This document shows positions 60,487-64,000 of a stretch of DNA of 64,000 nucleotides, in pieces; position 1 is the stretch's first letter, and each line of letters opens with the position of its first letter. A model generated the notes under the pieces. It ran no database searches and was not told where the DNA came from. It was given only the letters and a program-made list of their open reading frames with translations. The position numbers were made by a program, and so were the translations under genes. The stretch lies in NCBI GenBank assembly GCA_963662285.2, contig CAXXMV010000002.1:800001-864000 (forward strand). The letters are read 5' to 3'. The DNA comes from a bacterium. Its GTDB lineage: Bacteria > Hinthialibacterota > Hinthialibacteria > Hinthialibacterales > Hinthialibacteraceae.

Positions 60487-61389
60487 CTATATCAATAATA
60501 CACTACGGGTTGAATTACCCACCTTACCATCCGGCGATAATCCATGTTGTTTCTGAAAGGCTATTACCGCATCTTTAGTATCCTGGCCAAACGCACCATC
60601 AGCCGTGACGCTGAAACCACGGTTGATCAATGCCTGTTGAATCTCTTTAACGTCATCACCCCTCATAAGTGGTGATGTTAATTTCAATAGGCGTTTATAT
60701 ACGCCGTTGAGAGCATTCTCATCAATAATCACCCCGCGCACGGATAAGGGCAACGCCAAATCCCATTTATCCAACCCAATCAATTCATTGAAAGCATCCA
60801 TCCGGTAGACCGTCGCATGAAGCGCTGGATTAGAATTAGTTGCCAGCCACTCGCGGCGTACTTTCACGTAATCTTTGATCCATATTTTTTCACCGATATC
60901 GCTTACGACGCCGTATGCATCATTGGTTTTATTGGATATTTTTTTTAATGCACCCTGGATGTTTCCATCATAGAAAACCGTAATACCCAAACTGGTTGTA
61001 ATGTTATTTTTACTCGCAGTCTTTACTGATGGATTCCAAAATTCACTATCCAGATAGTTATCCTGGGCGCTCTGCATCACCGGATCAATGCTGGCTTCGT
61101 TGAGCAGACTCTTGAATGAGTTATCATGATCAAGGTTTAAGTCAGGCTGCTCCATCCGGGGGAGATAAGGGGAAAGAGCATCAGCGTACCGGGCGCCTTG
61201 ATTTTCGCAATAGGCCTTGATCAGGCGATATAGATTCCCACTGGCTAAGGTGACTTGAGAACGGCCATAGGATAAATGTCCACTATCGCCTTTTATAACT
61301 GTAACTTTACCATAGTCGCCAAGTACTCGGCCTGTTTCAAAAATGTTGATGATGGCCTGGGCGGTTTTCTTTTGCAGTATAGTAATCAT
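60487..61389 (-). CDS. Chitosanase/lysozyme-like (GH46-like) hydrolase + peptidoglycan-binding domain
   Basis: IINIFETG...GD.GHLSYGRSQ; C-terminal GDDVKEIQQAL..ADG.FG..T..AV.AFQ..HGL..DG.VG..T; the longer ORF start at 61509 runs through a repeat. Confidence 0.78.
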   Translation of the reverse strand: MITILQKKTAQAIINIFETGRVLGDYGKVTVIKGDSGHLSYGRSQVTLASGNLYRLIKAYCENQGARYADALSPYLPRMEQPDLNLDHDNSFKSLLNEASIDPVMQSAQDNYLDSEFWNPSVKTASKNNITTSLGITVFYDGNIQGALKKISNKTNDAYGVVSDIGEKIWIKDYVKVRREWLATNSNPALHATVYRMDAFNELIGLDKWDLALPLSVRGVIIDENALNGVYKRLLKLTSPLMRGDDVKEIQQALINRGFSVTADGAFGQDTKDAVIAFQKQHGLSPDGKVGNSTRSVLLI

Positions 61390-61407
61390 TTCAATATCCT
61401 TTTTTGC

Positions 61408-61499
61408 ACCCCAAATCCTTTTCCAAGTTTGGGGGGAAGATAACGAAGGGCTTGTTATATCAAACCCTCCCCTAGCCCCTCCCAAAGTTGGAAGGGGAA
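61408..61499. repeat. Two family-A-like palindromes
   Basis: CCCTCCCCTAGCCCCTCCCAAAGTTGGAAGGGG plus a degenerate upstream partner. Confidence 0.6.
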
Positions 61500-61501
61500 T
61501 T

Positions 61502-62065
61502 TCAGACAAAAAAGGGATTGCAGTTTTTCTCGATACCCACCGTGGTTACCGGGCCGTGGCCGGAACAGATCAAGACATCATCGGGCAAGCTGAATATCAC
61601 GCGGCGGATATTATCCTGCTCCTCCTTTTGCAAATCCGGGTTCGACGTCCCGCCGATAGAGCCGGCGAAAAGCGCATCGCCCACGAAAGCGAAACGGTTC
61701 TCAACCACAAGAGTCATTGAGTCTGGAGTATGACCGCTGGTTTTGAAAACTGATGCGCTTAATTTCCCCAAGGGAATAGAGTCGCCTTCGCTAATGGCGG
61801 TTCCATTGGGAGTCGCTCCATTCATGGAATAGACCGCCGCATCGTATTTCTGCAAGATTGATGCCAATCCGCCGTCATGATCCCAATGGGCGTGGGTCAG
61901 GAATATCCCCGTAAGCCGCATGTTGTTGTCATTGAGATACTTATCAAATTCCGGGGTATCCTCGCCCGCATCAACTAAGATGGCTTCGCCAGTTTCAGGG
62001 CAGCCAATAATATAGGCGTTGGCCTCATTAGCTTCTTTAAGAAAAAAAGGTTGAAAATTAACCAT
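61502..62065 (-). CDS. MBL-fold metallohydrolase (glyoxalase II-like)
   Basis: THAHWDHDGG, GHT, GDALF, GHG, EK..NPF. Confidence 0.9.
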   Translation of the reverse strand: MVNFQPFFLKEANEANAYIIGCPETGEAILVDAGEDTPEFDKYLNDNNMRLTGIFLTHAHWDHDGGLASILQKYDAAVYSMNGATPNGTAISEGDSIPLGKLSASVFKTSGHTPDSMTLVVENRFAFVGDALFAGSIGGTSNPDLQKEEQDNIRRVIFSLPDDVLICSGHGPVTTVGIEKNCNPFFV

Positions 62066-62108
62066 AATCTTTTCCTTGCGGTTCTTTCGTCAATCCTATG
62101 TAAGTAGG

Positions 62109-62280
62109 CAATGTCATTAAGTTAACCGCGTTGTCCCCTCTCCCACCTGGAGAGGGTTAGGGTGAGGAGGATACTACAATAACTTAAGTTAATAACATAT
62201 CGGGTGGCAAGGGCAGTGTATTTTCTGCCCTTGATCAAGCCACTTACGATATGTTGAAATTCCTCAGCTTAATAACATTA
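62109..62280. mobile_element. MITE-like element with IS4-like ends enclosing family A and D' palindromes
   Basis: Left CAATGTCATTAAGTTAA; internal CTTAAGTTAATAACATAT; right TCAGCTTAATAACATTA; no transposase. Confidence 0.6.
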
Positions 62281-62336
62281 CAAGAAAAACGACCCTACAA
62301 TTACCCAATTAGCGCTATCATTATCTAACTGATGCT

Positions 62337-63731
62337 TTATTGCTTAATCAAAATGGGAGATTCAAAATCGCTCTTCATAATTGGTGGAAGCAGATAGGCG
62401 CCGGAGCCTTCTTTATCGGTAAAATAGAGTTGTGAGATCGAAGGCTTCAAGGCGTCGCCATCAGCCCAAAAAGCATAGAAATCTGGATTAGCATTAACTG
62501 GACGTCGCGCATAGGTGTGGTTTCTTGGGCTATCACTGGTGAGTTGTTTTATTTGCTTCCAGGTTGCGCCGCTATCCTCGCTGAGAAGCATGACCATCTC
62601 GCCGCCAGTACAGTATTCTTGCGGACCATCCAGGATTGGAGCGATTACGCGCCAGACGCCATCATCCTCAATATATAGCGATCCCATATCATAGTTATGA
62701 TCGGATTCTGCAACTTTTTTGTACTGCCATTCTTTTCCACTCCAATGAGCGCACATCCAGATTCGGGCGCCATTATCCGGGCCGGATTCATATCCCCGGC
62801 TCAGAATATAGAGGATTACAGGATTGCCCTTTTTGTCATAATCAATGTCTTTCATATAAACCAGCAAACCTTCTTTTTGGTATTCACGAACCATAGCCGG
62901 GTTATAAGAGGAATCGAGTGGAATCTGCAATTTTTCCCCATCAACGGTTTGCCATGTTTTACCGAAATCAGTCGATTCCATGTAGTAGAGGTTGGTGCGG
63001 GCATTGAGTCCACCTTTGGGGGGATGCCAGTTCCATGCGGTTCCGCGTTTATTCTTGTATTTGCCGCTGATTTGATAATGTCCACCGAAGCCCACCAGTT
63101 TGCGGTCTTTCGCAGGATCAAAATTATCGATGCTGGTGCTTATATATGATTCCCGACCGCCAGTGTATTTAGTAAATAGTAACTGTATGCCTTCGCCTTC
63201 CATGAATCGCGGTTGAGGATAGGTAAATGGTTTCTTGCAAACCAATGAGAACGAATCAATAGAATATGGCTTATCACTTTTCCAGATAAATCCGTCATTG
63301 CCGCCATGGGCGCTGGCGAAAATCCAGATGATTCCCTTATCATCAATACAGATGGCAGGATTGTGGTGCGCATCTTCGGTGCCTTTTTCCATGACGATAA
63401 CTGGTTTCGGAACCATCCCGGTTTCATGATCGTAATATGAGGCCATGATAAGCAATGGCGTTTCCTCGCCTAAACCTTTGGTTCCGCCAAAGACGAAGAA
63501 GGTTTTGTCGGCTTCGGGAGCATATTGGGCATGGGGGAAATGCTTGGCGCAATAGGTGCCCAATCCTCCGCTATACTTATAGACATACTTATCCTTCGAT
63601 GGTTGGTTGCTATACCAGACGCCTTGGTATCCATCGGCGCGGGGAAAAGACTTGGTCTCCGCATCAGAGCAGTTTGGCAACAAAAATAGACCGCATACTA
63701 AAATACTAACAATACTCAAAACATGTTTCAT
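62337..63731 (-). CDS. Secreted BNR-4 repeat (beta-propeller) protein
   Basis: Signal peptide; DAHHNPAI, TYPQP, STDFGKTW, SEDSGATW. Confidence 0.8.
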   Translation of the reverse strand: MKHVLSIVSILVCGLFLLPNCSDAETKSFPRADGYQGVWYSNQPSKDKYVYKYSGGLGTYCAKHFPHAQYAPEADKTFFVFGGTKGLGEETPLLIMASYYDHETGMVPKPVIVMEKGTEDAHHNPAICIDDKGIIWIFASAHGGNDGFIWKSDKPYSIDSFSLVCKKPFTYPQPRFMEGEGIQLLFTKYTGGRESYISTSIDNFDPAKDRKLVGFGGHYQISGKYKNKRGTAWNWHPPKGGLNARTNLYYMESTDFGKTWQTVDGEKLQIPLDSSYNPAMVREYQKEGLLVYMKDIDYDKKGNPVILYILSRGYESGPDNGARIWMCAHWSGKEWQYKKVAESDHNYDMGSLYIEDDGVWRVIAPILDGPQEYCTGGEMVMLLSEDSGATWKQIKQLTSDSPRNHTYARRPVNANPDFYAFWADGDALKPSISQLYFTDKEGSGAYLLPPIMKSDFESPILIKQ

Positions 63732-63747
63732 GGTAATAACTCTCCTT

Positions 63748-64000
63748 TTACATTTTGGCGCCAGTTAAATCGGCGCGATCAAAGTTGGCAGTCCCGACCG
63801 CTTCAGCCAGGTTAGCGTTTACTAATTTAGCCCGCCGGAAAATAGCGCGGTTTATATCCGCTCCAGAAAAATCAACCCCGGAGAAATCCGCATTGCCCGG
63901 ACGTGAATAAAAGAACTGCGTCCTGCGGCATGAGGCGCCGCGGGCAATAGCTCCAACCAGATTAGAGCGCTTTAAGTTGGCGCCATCCATTATGGCGTTT
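63748..64000 (-). CDS. Pentapeptide-repeat protein (5' end probably outside window)
   Basis: A(D/N)(L/F)xx repeats: ANLKR SNLVG ADFSG VDFSG ADINR AKLVN ANLAE ADLTG. Confidence 0.85.
   Translation of the reverse strand, partial: NAIMDGANLKRSNLVGAIARGASCRRTQFFYSRPGNADFSGVDFSGADINRAIFRRAKLVNANLAEAVGTANFDRADLTGAKM

Noticed and set aside
61390-61509. 40-aa N-terminal extension of the GH46-like gene
   Set aside because: Encoded by family-A-like palindromes; an RBS-like AAGGA precedes ATG 61389
60481-62318. TTAGCGCTAT direct repeat (60481, 62309) as a target-site duplication around the lysin and MBL genes
   Set aside because: Only 10 bp, found post hoc, overlaps a stop codon, and has no matching element end on the left

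Overview
This 64-kb window is chromosomal DNA from a diderm bacterium (Tol-Pal, Tat substrates, hopanoid genes). The lineage cannot be fixed from sequence alone. The many exported sugar-processing enzymes and a short C-terminal '...TGINAFMLY' tail suggest, without proof, a Sumerlaeota/Hinthialibacteria-like candidate lineage. Housekeeping content: tolB-pal, a RelE/YafQ-type toxin-antitoxin pair, gap-pgk-secG (no tpiA), an ECF sigma/anti-sigma pair, tRNA-Ile2(CAU), lepB, nadA, RNase E/G, bactofilin, DksA/TraR, shc and hpnH. Many carbohydrate, envelope and signalling genes are also present. I found no rRNA, CRISPR array, intact transposase or prophage. Most notable: (1) a phage-free operon of a DUF6916-like protein, two tail-collar proteins and a 967-aa secreted mosaic protein; (2) several palindromic REP-like families joined to IS4-like ends in composite, strand-biased, partly tandem units, with compensatory base changes; (3) a Hel308/Ski2-type helicase fused to an OmpR-type winged helix behind two perfect palindromes; (4) an RNase E/G with an N-terminal 39-aa repeat region; (5) a two-Cys DksA with a Lys-rich tail; (6) a probable integrase relic beside the tRNA. 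All family assignments are from motif recognition, not database searches.
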